The notes beneath the pieces are model-generated. The model saw only the letters and a list, made by a program, of their open reading frames with translations, searched no databases and was not told the DNA's origin. Shown here one piece after another: positions 29,019 to 38,211 of a stretch of 64,000 nucleotides of DNA. Origin of the DNA: Syntrophorhabdaceae bacterium (GTDB lineage: Bacteria > Desulfobacterota > Syntrophorhabdia > Syntrophorhabdales > Syntrophorhabdaceae); contig CAXXUO010000002.1 of NCBI GenBank assembly GCA_963666485.2, positions 605,466-669,465 of the forward strand, in the 5' to 3' direction. Position 1 is the stretch's first letter. Every line of letters starts with the position of its first letter. Made by a program: the position numbers and the translations under genes.

Positions 29019-30532
29019 CAGGCCTTCCCGACAGGTATGGCCATCGACAGATGGACGCCGCCTGTCCGTTTCGATGTAATATCGACGCTCCCCCCGTGGG
29101 CCTCGATCACCTTCTTGACATTCCACAGGCCGAGACCGGTCCCTTTCTTCTTGTTGCTGAAAAAGGGGTCGAACACGTACGGGAGGTCTTCCTGCGCGAT
29201 GCCGGGCCCGTTGTCGTCGATCGCTATCTCGACATGCGACATGCTCCGCGGGGCATATTTGGTGGATATCCCGATCCACCCGTTCGCAGGAACGGCATCG
29301 ATGGAATTTTGCAGCACATTTATAATGGCCTGCTCCATCTTGTCCTGGTCGATGAGGATATTCGGGATGGACCGCGAAAATCTCCTGCGGACATCGATAC
29401 CCTTCTCCTGGAACCTCACGGTCATCATCTCGAGGCACGACGCGATGACGCGTTTGAGGGATGTGGACTTCAGGTTAAGGCGCAGCGGTTTCGCGAAGTC
29501 GAGCATTTCGCTCAAGATCCTCTCGAGCCGCGATATCTCCTCGGTCATGATCTCCATGCGCCGCTTGTCGTTCCCGCTGAACTCCAGTTTCTTGAGCAAT
29601 ATCTGGATATTCATCTTCACGGACGAGAGCGGGTTGCGGATCTCGTGGGCAAGCGACGTCGTCAGCTGCCCGATGTGCGCGAGGCTCTCCGACTCGCGGA
29701 CCTTTTTCTCCATCTCGACCCTCTCCGTGATATCCCGGCAGATGCCGGCGGCGGCGGTCTTTCCCCGGTACACGATAAGCTTGACCTTGTTCTCCGTCGG
29801 GAGCGCCCGTCCATCCCGGGTCCGGCGGGAATACACATAAAGGTCCTGGGCATGGCCCACTTCGACGCGCCGCTCATACAGCTTCTTCACTTCCGACCGT
29901 GATTCCGGTGAGATGAAATCGACGTAAGGCCTCCCGATCACCTCGGCGACCGTGTAATCATGGAGGTCGCAGAACGCCTTGTTCGCAAAGACAATGATCC
30001 CGTCCTGGTTGACGAAATACCCGTCGTTGATATCCTCCACAAGCACGCGGTACTGGGCCTCCGATTCCGCCAGTTCCCGTGTCCTCTTGTCGACCTGTTC
30101 CTTCAGGTCCTGTGCATGTTCCCGGATCTGTTTCTCATGAAGCTGCTGGAAATTGTCGCTGAACCGCGTGATCGTATAGTAGAGGCACTCATTGACCCGT
30201 TCGAGCGCCTCCTTCATTTCCCGTTTGCCAAGCTCCCTCGCCAGCACCGGCGTCGCCACCTTCCGGAACATCTCGTACGCGCCCTGGACCTCCGACAACG
30301 AGAAACCCCCCATAAGCCGTATCCCCGTGATCCACCGGATGTGGCAATCGATCAGCCGGTAGTCCCGCTCGACCAGCACCGCATAACTCGCATCGAACGC
30401 CGCCGCAACAGTAATGTACAGCTCCTCTTTCGGCCGTGTGCTGTACCGCGGCCCGTTCTCCATTTTAAGACGGTCGATCCATTCTTCGATCAACTCGTCA
30501 CGGTGCCTTCTCAAAATTTCAGCGATATGCAT
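29018..30532 (-). CDS. Soluble PAS sensor histidine kinase with RsbR-N-like helical N-terminus
   Basis: LAHEIRNPL, DNGPGI, FDPFFS, GTGLGL; no TM segment. Confidence 0.93.
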   Translation of the reverse strand: MHIAEILRRHRDELIEEWIDRLKMENGPRYSTRPKEELYITVAAAFDASYAVLVERDYRLIDCHIRWITGIRLMGGFSLSEVQGAYEMFRKVATPVLARELGKREMKEALERVNECLYYTITRFSDNFQQLHEKQIREHAQDLKEQVDKRTRELAESEAQYRVLVEDINDGYFVNQDGIIVFANKAFCDLHDYTVAEVIGRPYVDFISPESRSEVKKLYERRVEVGHAQDLYVYSRRTRDGRALPTENKVKLIVYRGKTAAAGICRDITERVEMEKKVRESESLAHIGQLTTSLAHEIRNPLSSVKMNIQILLKKLEFSGNDKRRMEIMTEEISRLERILSEMLDFAKPLRLNLKSTSLKRVIASCLEMMTVRFQEKGIDVRRRFSRSIPNILIDQDKMEQAIINVLQNSIDAVPANGWIGISTKYAPRSMSHVEIAIDDNGPGIAQEDLPYVFDPFFSNKKKGTGLGLWNVKKVIEAHGGSVDITSKRTGGVHLSMAIPVGKA

Positions 30533-30553
30533 GTTTGATTGTAGCAAAAAAAG

Positions 30554-31115
30554 GGTTCAAGGTTCAATGTTCAAGGTTCAAGGGTAAAAAAAGCGGGGGG
30601 ATGTTGGTCGTTGCGGATTTTATTCCGCTTTGAAAAGTAATATTAGGAAAAAGGAGGTCACGTGTGGCGAATGATATGTTTGAAGATTTGAAGATGTGGC
30701 AGGAGGCGAGGCAATTGACGGGAAAGATTTATGAGCTTACCAAAAAGCCCCCATTGTCAAAGGATTTTGAAATGATAGGTCAGTTGAGGCGAGGACTGAT
30801 TTCAATAACCTCAAATATTGCAGAGGGATTCGAACGCGGAGGCAACCGGGAGTTTATCTATTTTTTATCAATAGCAAAGGGATCTTCAGGTGAAGTTCGA
30901 TCGCAGCTGTACCTGGCATTGGATCAAGGATACATAGAAAAACAGGAATGCGAGCAAATAGTAAATAGCCTTAAAGTTTTATCATCAATGATAGGCAATT
31001 TCCTAAAATACTTAAAAGACTCCCATTATAAGGGCTCTAAATTCAAAAAGCCCGCCGCCCCCCGGTAAATACCGCGAATTGTTTTACCTTGAACTTTGAA
31101 CCTTGAACCTTGAAC
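30554..31115. mobile_element. Four-helix-bundle gene enclosed by inverted heptamer arrays
   Basis: (GGTTCAA)x4 at 30554-30582, (TTGAACY)x4 at 31086-31115; AT-richer interior. Confidence 0.6.
30664..31068 (+). CDS. Four-helix bundle protein (23S rRNA-IVP/Avd-like)
   Basis: FEDLKMWQEA, QLRR..ISITSNIAEGFER, EFIYFLSIAKGSSGEVRSQL. Confidence 0.95.
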   Translation: MANDMFEDLKMWQEARQLTGKIYELTKKPPLSKDFEMIGQLRRGLISITSNIAEGFERGGNREFIYFLSIAKGSSGEVRSQLYLALDQGYIEKQECEQIVNSLKVLSSMIGNFLKYLKDSHYKGSKFKKPAAPR

Positions 31116-31152
31116 GGGGCATTATCGAAGTATCGATAATGCCCCGGTTTTT
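31113..31152. terminator. Hairpin terminator between convergent genes
   Basis: cggggcattatcga-agta-tcgataatgccccg followed by T-run. Confidence 0.8.
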
Positions 31153-31155
31153 CGC

Positions 31156-31377
31156 CTATTTCCTCGTCCCCTGGTTCGGGTTGACCGGTGTCGGTTTCGG
31201 AACCTCCGGTACCTTCACATCTTCTATTTTCTTCCCGGCCTGGCTCTCGAGCTGCTGCAAGGCCTGTCCTTTCTCTTTCTTCGGCGCATTATCCGCCGCA
31301 AAAACCTCGCTTCCTGCAAACACGAGCCCAAAAATAACCAGCGCCGCCGCAAACATCCTCACCATTTTCCTTTTCAT
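31156..31377 (-). CDS. Small exported hypothetical protein
   Basis: Signal peptide ending VFA; RBS ggagg. Confidence 0.7.
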   Translation of the reverse strand: MKRKMVRMFAAALVIFGLVFAGSEVFAADNAPKKEKGQALQQLESQAGKKIEDVKVPEVPKPTPVNPNQGTRK

Positions 31378-31523
31378 CTCTCTCCTCCGTATGTTTTTTT
31401 GTTCATACACTATATGACACAGGCAGACAGAAAAATGTTCCAAAAAAAGGGTGGACCATTTCAGTCCGCCCCTTATTTGTTAACCTTGAACTTTGATCCT
31501 TGAACCTTGAACCGTCTTTTCGC

Positions 31524-32264
31524 CTAAAAGACCGCCGCTCTCCGTCCCGACATTATCTCCGGTTTCGCCGGCGTATCCAGCTTGTACCTCCGTATCATCT
31601 CGTTCCCGATCAGCTTCGCCGCATCCTCGTACGTGATGAGGTCCGTATTTATTACTATATGATAGATCAGCGGATCATCGATGTCCGCGTCGAAATTGTC
31701 CTTTATATACCGTTTCCGGCCGTCATCTTTTTTCTTGATATATTTGGCGGCATCCTTCTCGTTGTAGCCGAACGCCTTCATCGCCTGCTCGACCCTTTTC
31801 TCGAACGAGCCGATGAGCCGTACGTGAAAAACATTGGGCATGTCCTTTGTCACGAGGTTTGCGCCCCTGCCCACGAGGATGCAGTTCCCGATCTGCGCCA
31901 GGCGCAGTATTGTCGCGTTCGTCCTTTCGACGAGCGACCAGGTGGACGGGTGCAGGCCGATGAATTCCTCGAATGCGTCGGTCACCGAGCCCTTGTGGTC
32001 TTCCTTCATGAACTTTTCCACATGTCCCTTGAGATTGAACACCTCGAGCACCTTCACGACGAGCTTCTGGTCAAAGACGGTCCATTCCTCGTGGGACGTC
32101 GTCTTCTCCTGCAGGTATTTCACGAGCTCGGACGAAACGGTCAGGCCGCCCGCCCCCTCAGAACGCGAGATCGTGATCGCAGGCTTTAACTCTGCCTTCC
32201 CCTTCTTCCCGAAATGACGTTCGATGTACGTTTCACACTTGTCAGACGTTATGTTTTCCCACAT
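31524..32264 (-). CDS. Cytidylate kinase-like family protein
   Basis: ITISRSEGAGG, ILVGRGA, FHVRL, D..R..Y, YHIVINT. Confidence 0.9.
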   Translation of the reverse strand: MWENITSDKCETYIERHFGKKGKAELKPAITISRSEGAGGLTVSSELVKYLQEKTTSHEEWTVFDQKLVVKVLEVFNLKGHVEKFMKEDHKGSVTDAFEEFIGLHPSTWSLVERTNATILRLAQIGNCILVGRGANLVTKDMPNVFHVRLIGSFEKRVEQAMKAFGYNEKDAAKYIKKKDDGRKRYIKDNFDADIDDPLIYHIVINTDLITYEDAAKLIGNEMIRRYKLDTPAKPEIMSGRRAAVF

Positions 32265-32405
32265 ATCAGGACCTCCTCCTGACTTTACACGCATCAGCTG
32301 AAAACAACCCGCCTATTTATGAAACCTGCCCTTTATTAATTGTGTATAGCCGAGGGTTGGCGGTTTGTCAACTGCCGGGGGGACCAGCGCGGGGCAATTT
32401 CTTCT

Positions 32406-32807
32406 TTAAAGAAGTTTTATAAAGTCGGCAGGGGTGAGTATCCTGGTCCCTTTATAATGTCTGACATCGAGCAGCGCCCTGTCGCCCGTAACCAGATGCC
32501 CGGCACCGGCGCTCAGGGCACAGGAGATGAACATGTCATCATCAGGATCAGCGCATACCCCGCGTACCTTTTCACTTATTATCACAACCTCGAAATAAGG
32601 CAGGACCTCATCTTCGATGAGAAAAGTAATTTCATCCCGGGTCAGCGAAAATTTAGGGTACCATAGAGTGTCAACGAGTTCCTGAAAGGTTTCGCGGGAC
32701 AGGACAGGGTTTATCCGGGCATCCCTCAAGGAGGCCCGGATCTCCGACATCGTACCGCCGAAGATAAGGGCCGATATCAGGACATTTGTATCGAGGACGA
32801 CCTTTAT
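32406..32807 (-). CDS. PIN-domain toxin; apparent ATA start
   Basis: IKVVLDTNVLISALIFGG, DPDDDMFISCA, LVTGD. Confidence 0.88.
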   Translation of the reverse strand: MKVVLDTNVLISALIFGGTMSEIRASLRDARINPVLSRETFQELVDTLWYPKFSLTRDEITFLIEDEVLPYFEVVIISEKVRGVCADPDDDMFISCALSAGAGHLVTGDRALLDVRHYKGTRILTPADFIKLL

Positions 32808-33043
32808 TTCTTTCTCCTTCTCGACCAGCGGACGGCATCCGCGACATCGTTTCGATCTATTCCCAGTCTTTCCATCTTGCTCCGTATTCCCTCGACAGAT
32901 AACGAAACCGGAGATATTCTGACCGGTGTAAGGATTATCAGATTGTCCTTTATAACGATGTCGAAATAATCGGTGTCGGGAAACCTGTCCGCGATCTCTT
33001 TGGGCAAGGTAACCTGGTTCTTCGATGTTTTCTTTGCAAGCAT
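32804..33043 (-). CDS. AbrB/MazE-type antitoxin
   Basis: MLAKKTSKNQVTLPK; overlaps the toxin start. Confidence 0.9.
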   Translation of the reverse strand: MLAKKTSKNQVTLPKEIADRFPDTDYFDIVIKDNLIILTPVRISPVSLSVEGIRSKMERLGIDRNDVADAVRWSRRRKK

Positions 33044-33222
33044 TCCTTACCTCCTTACTGTAAGGATATCTTAGTAACATCCAAAGTTCAACCAATAATT
33101 CCGCTCAACGCAAACGTTTCAACAATCATCTGCCCCCTGGGTTTGATCCTATATTACTTTTTAGAACAAGAAAACGTGATTGAAACTTGAAACGATTTTC
33201 AGGTTACTCTACAATCAATTTT

Positions 33223-33600
33223 ATGAGAATATCATTCCCGGCAATATTGGCTCTGGCAGCGCTCGCCCTGACCGCCTGCACGGTGACGAAAAACATTGCC
33301 ATCGAGATGCCCCCCACCGCTGCCGTGTCCGTCTATGACGGGAAGATCGTCGGCAAGCCCTTCGTCAACAAGGTCGGTCAGGAGAGCCCGAAAATGATCG
33401 ACCTGTATTTCGAGACGGGTGGGAAAACATATTTCATCAAGTTCATCGACAGCAACGTATCCCGCAATGAAATGTCCCAATACATCAATACGCGCCTGAA
33501 GGTGGAGGGCAGGCTCGGTGACGGCCTGTGGGACACGAATGACCCCAACCATCAGAGCCGGGTCGGGGAGTATATCGTTATCGAAAAGATAAAAAAGTAA
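33223..33600 (+). CDS. Putative lipoprotein
   Basis: Lipobox LTAC. Confidence 0.75.
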   Translation: MRISFPAILALAALALTACTVTKNIAIEMPPTAAVSVYDGKIVGKPFVNKVGQESPKMIDLYFETGGKTYFIKFIDSNVSRNEMSQYINTRLKVEGRLGDGLWDTNDPNHQSRVGEYIVIEKIKK

Positions 33601-33788
33601 AGCGGTTCCACGTTCCAGGTTCCACGTTCCATGAGAAAAGCGAAGATTTGGCACAACGTCTGTACTCAAACTGAGCACGATTGTTCTCAATTTGAGTACA
33701 GACATTTAGTGATGCCGTCATCCCGGTGCTTGACACCGGAATCCAGGGTTTTGCATCTCTTTTTGACGTTGAACGGTTGTCAGAGGAA

Positions 33789-33892
33789 GGGGACGTCCTT
33801 AAGAAAGTAAGTAACTCGGTTAGGGGTAAAGAATGTAAGAATGGTCCATTGAGTCATTGTGGGGAGTTTCTTACTTTCTTAAGGACGTCCCC
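33789..33892. mobile_element. 104-bp mini-element with 23-bp perfect inverted repeats (GGGGACGTCC family)
   Basis: ggggacgtccttaagaaagtaag ... cttactttcttaaggacgtcccc. Confidence 0.85.
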
Positions 33893-33963
33893 TCAGTCTT
33901 TTACGTGATCTAAGGTTTTTTAGCTTTGAACCTTGAACCTTGAACCTTGAACCTTTTTTTAAA

Positions 33964-34239
33964 TTATTTGAAATATTCCCGTAGCTTTTTGTTCATCTCC
34001 TCACTGCCTTCAACCAGGTTCACCTCGCGGACCTCGGGAAGCGCCTCTTTCAGTAACTTGTCGGCCCACAGACTGAGGGCGTTTATCCCGCATCAGTGCA
34101 TGGTGCCGCCGAGGAGCCGCAGGGTGACGGTGGCCGTGCCTTCGTCGACCGAGACCACTTCAACCTCGCCCTCGGCCAGGTCTTCCAGTCGGGGATTGAG
34201 GCGCTTCAGTTCCTCTTCAACTCTCTGCCTTAAATCCAA
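33964..34239 (-). CDS. NifU C-terminal-like protein with in-frame TGA (candidate selenoprotein)
   Basis: TTG start 6 nt after GGAGG; TGA codon 49 in GGTMH*CGINA; ungapped match to the adjacent paralog on both sides; SECIS-like hairpin 34064-34080. Confidence 0.75.
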
Positions 34240-34308
34240 TTCAGGCCTCCACGAGAGAAACATATGGTTTCATATTGAAAGTTTCAAGTGTCAGACAGGC
34301 TCGCCCGG

Positions 34309-34572
34309 TCATTCCGATGCGGGCTCATCCGGCATCGGGCCCCAGACGGTGTTTACCTGGCATATCTCCGGTATGGCATCTTTCAACAATTTTTCAGCCC
34401 ACAGGCAGCAGGCGTTTATCCCGTTCGCGATAAGCAGGCCGCGAAAGACCCGCAGCGTGACAATGCATGTCTCTTCATCCACGGAAATTATTGCCACGTC
34501 ACCCTGGGCCAATTCCTGGAGCCGCGGGTTCAGGCGTGCAAGCTCTTCTTCAACCTTTTGTCTTAATGTCAT
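34309..34572 (-). CDS. NifU C-terminal-like protein (paralog without CxxC)
   Basis: LRQKVEEELARLNPRL..GDVAIISVD..VTLR..EKLLKDAIPEI. Confidence 0.8.
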   Translation of the reverse strand: MTLRQKVEEELARLNPRLQELAQGDVAIISVDEETCIVTLRVFRGLLIANGINACCLWAEKLLKDAIPEICQVNTVWGPMPDEPASE

Positions 34573-34758
34573 AATGCCTCCTCCGCTGTAACCTGGGGAT
34601 GATTGTAAGATATTCTCTACCCTTTTTCTACTCTCTTTCTCCCCCGCCGCTCGCGTGACCGGCCCCTCAGGCCGCGATCGATCATTATTCTATTATGGTG
34701 CCCGGCTGCCGAATTTTCATATTGACGATAAAGGCGAAATAAAACATATTGTTGTCAG

Positions 34759-36774
34759 GTGGGCCTACAACAGGTGATGATGACGAAGTGGAGACAGATC
34801 GCGGTAATCTCCTGTATCGCAGTCCTCATTTTCATGTCCGTGATCTATCTGATACTTCTCAACTACAATTACAACAACCTCAAGCCCCGCATTACGCAGG
34901 CGGTCAAGGATGCAACCGGCAGGGAACTGGTCATGGGGGGCGACATACGTATAAAGATAGGCCTCGCGCCTACCCTCGTGGCGTATGACATCCGTTTTAA
35001 GAACGCCGCCTGGAGCGTGCATCCTGATATGGCCAGGATCAAGCGTACAGAAATAAAAGTCAGGCTTTTCCCTCTTCTCTTCCGGCAGCTCAAGATAATA
35101 CGGTTGGCCCTTGTGGAACCCGACATCCTCATTGAACGGGACGCTTCCGGCAGGTCAAATCTCGACTTCGGGACCGGTCAATTCTCGCAGATATCCTTCA
35201 AAACGATGGGGGTCGAGAAAGGCCGAATAAACTATATAAATCATAAGTGGAACCAGAAATATACAGTTGCCGTCGACTCAATGACCGCGACGGCGCCGGG
35301 GTCCGCGTATGGCCCGGTCCGGATAAAGGCGCGGTGTTCATATAACGGTGAAAACTTTGACGTCGAGGGAAGCACGGGTTCTCTCACTGCGTTTGAAAAA
35401 CCGTCCGCCCCGTGGCCTGTTGACCTTACGGTACGCGCGGGGTCTGCCGTCCTGGTGCTCAAGGGCGGTATTGACAACCCGGCGGACATGCGCGGGATAA
35501 AACTGCATTTTAACCTGAAGGGCAGCGACCTTTCCCGCCTCAATCGGATGTCCGGTGCGTTGCCGAAACTGCACGGGCCCTTCGACGTCTCGGGAAACAT
35601 ACATGACACCGGCCATATGGTTTACTCGATCTCCAATTTTGCGGTACTGCAAGGCGCAAGCGATCTTTCCGGGTCCATGGAACTCAATGCGGCCGGGAAA
35701 GAGCCGGTCGTGAAGGCGCTGTTCAAGGCGCATAAACTGGACCTGCGTTCGCCCGGCGGGACCGGCCCCGGCCACAAGAAGACGGCTGCGGCCAAGGGCA
35801 AGGTCTTCCCCGGCACACCGCTGCCGCTTGACGTCCTGAACAAAGTCTTTGACGCGGAGATCAGGCTTGATGCTGCCGAAGTTATCACGGACGATCTCCT
35901 GTTGACCGGCCTCAATGCGGACATCCTTCTCAAGAAGGGACTGCTTAACGTGAGGTCTTTCAAGGCAAGTTTGGGGAAAGGTTCGGTGGACGGTAAATTC
36001 TCATTCGAGCCCGAGGGGAAGACGGCTCTGCTGACCGCCACCATGAAATTACGGAAGGTGGAGGTCAATTCACTGGGGAAACTCATCCCGTTGGTGAAAG
36101 GCGTCGAAGGGAAGCTCGATGCAGATATCGCCATAAAAACCCACGGCAGTACGGTAGCCGGACTGATAGGCGCATCGAGCGGCAAGGCCGTACTCCTCAT
36201 GGGAAAAGGCAGGATAGACAACAGTCATATACACCAGCTGGGCAACCTCGGCTCAACCCTTTTTCGCCTTCTCAACCCCTTCGAAAAGGAGAAGCCCTAT
36301 ACCTCGATCAATTGCTTTGTCGGCTCTTTCGCGATAACGAACGGCCTCGCCAGCACCAATACCCTGGTATTAAATACCCAATACATGGTTGCCGTAGGCG
36401 AAGGCACCATCAACCTCCAGGCAGAAACACTCGACCTCTTTCTCAAGCCCTTTCCGAAACAAAGCATCGGGGCGTCGCTGATCAACAAGCTGGGCATTAC
36501 CGAGTTAACAAAACCATTGAAGCTTACCGGTACCCTTGCGGACCCGACGCTTGCGATCGATCCGACCCAGACTGCGATCATCCTCGGTAAAACGATCGGC
36601 TCCGCCACCCTCTTCGGACCGTTCGGCCTCGCCGCAGCGCTTATAGTAAATCCCTTGCACGATGACGAAACATCCTGCGTCGAAGCCGTTGCGGCCGCAA
36701 GAAAAGGGGTTAAAGTCAAAAAGGGAACCATCGGGGGCATCGGGGAGAAAGTGAAGCAACTGTTTGGCCGATGA
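34759..36774 (+). CDS. AsmA-family protein
   Basis: N-terminal TM, LKPRITQAVKDATGREL, AsmA-type C-terminus (INCFV...GEGTINL...GTLADP). Confidence 0.9.
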   Translation: MGLQQVMMTKWRQIAVISCIAVLIFMSVIYLILLNYNYNNLKPRITQAVKDATGRELVMGGDIRIKIGLAPTLVAYDIRFKNAAWSVHPDMARIKRTEIKVRLFPLLFRQLKIIRLALVEPDILIERDASGRSNLDFGTGQFSQISFKTMGVEKGRINYINHKWNQKYTVAVDSMTATAPGSAYGPVRIKARCSYNGENFDVEGSTGSLTAFEKPSAPWPVDLTVRAGSAVLVLKGGIDNPADMRGIKLHFNLKGSDLSRLNRMSGALPKLHGPFDVSGNIHDTGHMVYSISNFAVLQGASDLSGSMELNAAGKEPVVKALFKAHKLDLRSPGGTGPGHKKTAAAKGKVFPGTPLPLDVLNKVFDAEIRLDAAEVITDDLLLTGLNADILLKKGLLNVRSFKASLGKGSVDGKFSFEPEGKTALLTATMKLRKVEVNSLGKLIPLVKGVEGKLDADIAIKTHGSTVAGLIGASSGKAVLLMGKGRIDNSHIHQLGNLGSTLFRLLNPFEKEKPYTSINCFVGSFAITNGLASTNTLVLNTQYMVAVGEGTINLQAETLDLFLKPFPKQSIGASLINKLGITELTKPLKLTGTLADPTLAIDPTQTAIILGKTIGSATLFGPFGLAAALIVNPLHDDETSCVEAVAAARKGVKVKKGTIGGIGEKVKQLFGR

Positions 36775-37095
36775 AGCAAGAAAAAAGGCACCCCGCTACC
36801 TCCTGAAGCAAGTCTTCGGGAAGTAGGCCCCGGAATCGACTCCGCATGCCGTCATCCCGGCGAAGGCCGGGATCCAGTATCTTTGTTTTTTTAACGATTT
36901 CATACGAACCTTAATCCCATTGTCTATTCTTCAACCGGTTGGTATATTCAACTTAAATTTCAGGCACACCCAGTAATTTCCCTCAAGTAACTTAATTCCT
37001 AAAAAATTGGAAGCATTTGACGCCTGAATGGCCATGCTATGGTTGCGCTGACGTATTATGGCCGGCAGGCGGCCATTCATCAAAAGGGAGGTTAT

Positions 37096-38202
37096 ATGGA
37101 TAGCAATAAGAAAACCATGCTGGGGATTGTGTTCATAGCCACGGCTTTTTTGGTTGTCACCATGCTCGCCCAGTCCTGCGCGGGAGAAAAGGACAAACGG
37201 AACCATCTCGACCATTTCACGAATGTCGATGGCATCTCCCTCTCGAGCGGGGGTGATCAACTCACATTTACCGGCTGCGGACACAAGGATTACACGGGAT
37301 GTACCATATATCGGTATGATCGGAAGGAGAATGTCCTGTACCGGTATGTGCATGAGGACAAATCAATACAGGTTATGGGGGCCCAGTATTGGTCGGACTC
37401 CAACCGGTTCCTGCTCGTGACGGTTCCCAAGTCGCAGGACGGAAGTCAGGTCCTGAATCAGATGCAGGTCGCCATAATGAACCCGGACGGAACTGGACTG
37501 AAACAACTCACTGAAGGTCGGGGTGTAAAAGCTGCCTACATGTTAAGCCACGACGGTAAAACCTTGGTTTATTCCAGCGGGAGAACGCGCACGGAAGGCA
37601 AAACCCCGGCGGCCCACTTTGACTACCACGCAAGGGATGTATCGACGGGAAAAGAGGTGCAGATAACGGATCATTCGTTTTATCAGCTTAGTACCCCGTA
37701 CTTCACTTCGGATGGAAAGAGCATCGTTTTCGATAATCGCGGTCCCATGCGGATTCCCGGCTCGACTGATAGTAATTCAGCAGCAAAATACCGTGAGGAG
37801 TACGAGAGGAAATATCGCTGGAATACAATTATCCAATATCCCGTTGATGGCTCCGGAATTAATCGTTTGCCTGAGCCGTGGTTTGTTCATGGCATAGGGT
37901 CGAGCAAGCCGATAATAACCAAGGATGGCTCACTGTGGTTTGAGGGCAGAACCGGAGGAATTGGCTACTACCGCCGATATCCCGATGGGAAAATTACCGA
38001 ACTTACCGATGAGGAATTAGTCGTGGGAAAAACTCGATGTCTTTTCGAAATGTCTATCGACTCGACCGTCCGGTGGATGGCTATCCTTTATGAAGACCTT
38101 GGCAACGACAAGGCGCGCTCACTGGGTATCTTCGATATTATGAACAGACAATGTACTTCTATATCGGTACCGGCCACAGCCACAAATATAACCATACAAT
38201 AG
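37096..38202 (+). CDS. TolB/PD40-like beta-propeller lipoprotein (candidate immunity protein)
   Basis: Lipobox-like AQSC; MNPDGTGLKQLT, SHDGKTLVY, FTSDGKSIVF repeats. Confidence 0.75.
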   Translation: MDSNKKTMLGIVFIATAFLVVTMLAQSCAGEKDKRNHLDHFTNVDGISLSSGGDQLTFTGCGHKDYTGCTIYRYDRKENVLYRYVHEDKSIQVMGAQYWSDSNRFLLVTVPKSQDGSQVLNQMQVAIMNPDGTGLKQLTEGRGVKAAYMLSHDGKTLVYSSGRTRTEGKTPAAHFDYHARDVSTGKEVQITDHSFYQLSTPYFTSDGKSIVFDNRGPMRIPGSTDSNSAAKYREEYERKYRWNTIIQYPVDGSGINRLPEPWFVHGIGSSKPIITKDGSLWFEGRTGGIGYYRRYPDGKITELTDEELVVGKTRCLFEMSIDSTVRWMAILYEDLGNDKARSLGIFDIMNRQCTSISVPATATNITIQ

Positions 38203-38211
38203 GAGGAATAC

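Noticed and set aside
27648..29438. 596-aa response regulator
   Set aside because: The N-terminal extension overlaps the kinase gene; the REC domain starts at 29018
30664..31068. Diversity-generating retroelement or rRNA intervening sequence
   Set aside because: No reverse transcriptase, TR/VR pair or rRNA in the window
32406..33095. 229-aa extended PIN ORF
   Set aside because: The extension overlaps the whole antitoxin gene out of frame; PIN similarity starts at IKVVLDTN
36780..36850. Possible ncRNA or tRNA fragment
   Set aside because: Only a loose hairpin; no cloverleaf or family motif recognisable
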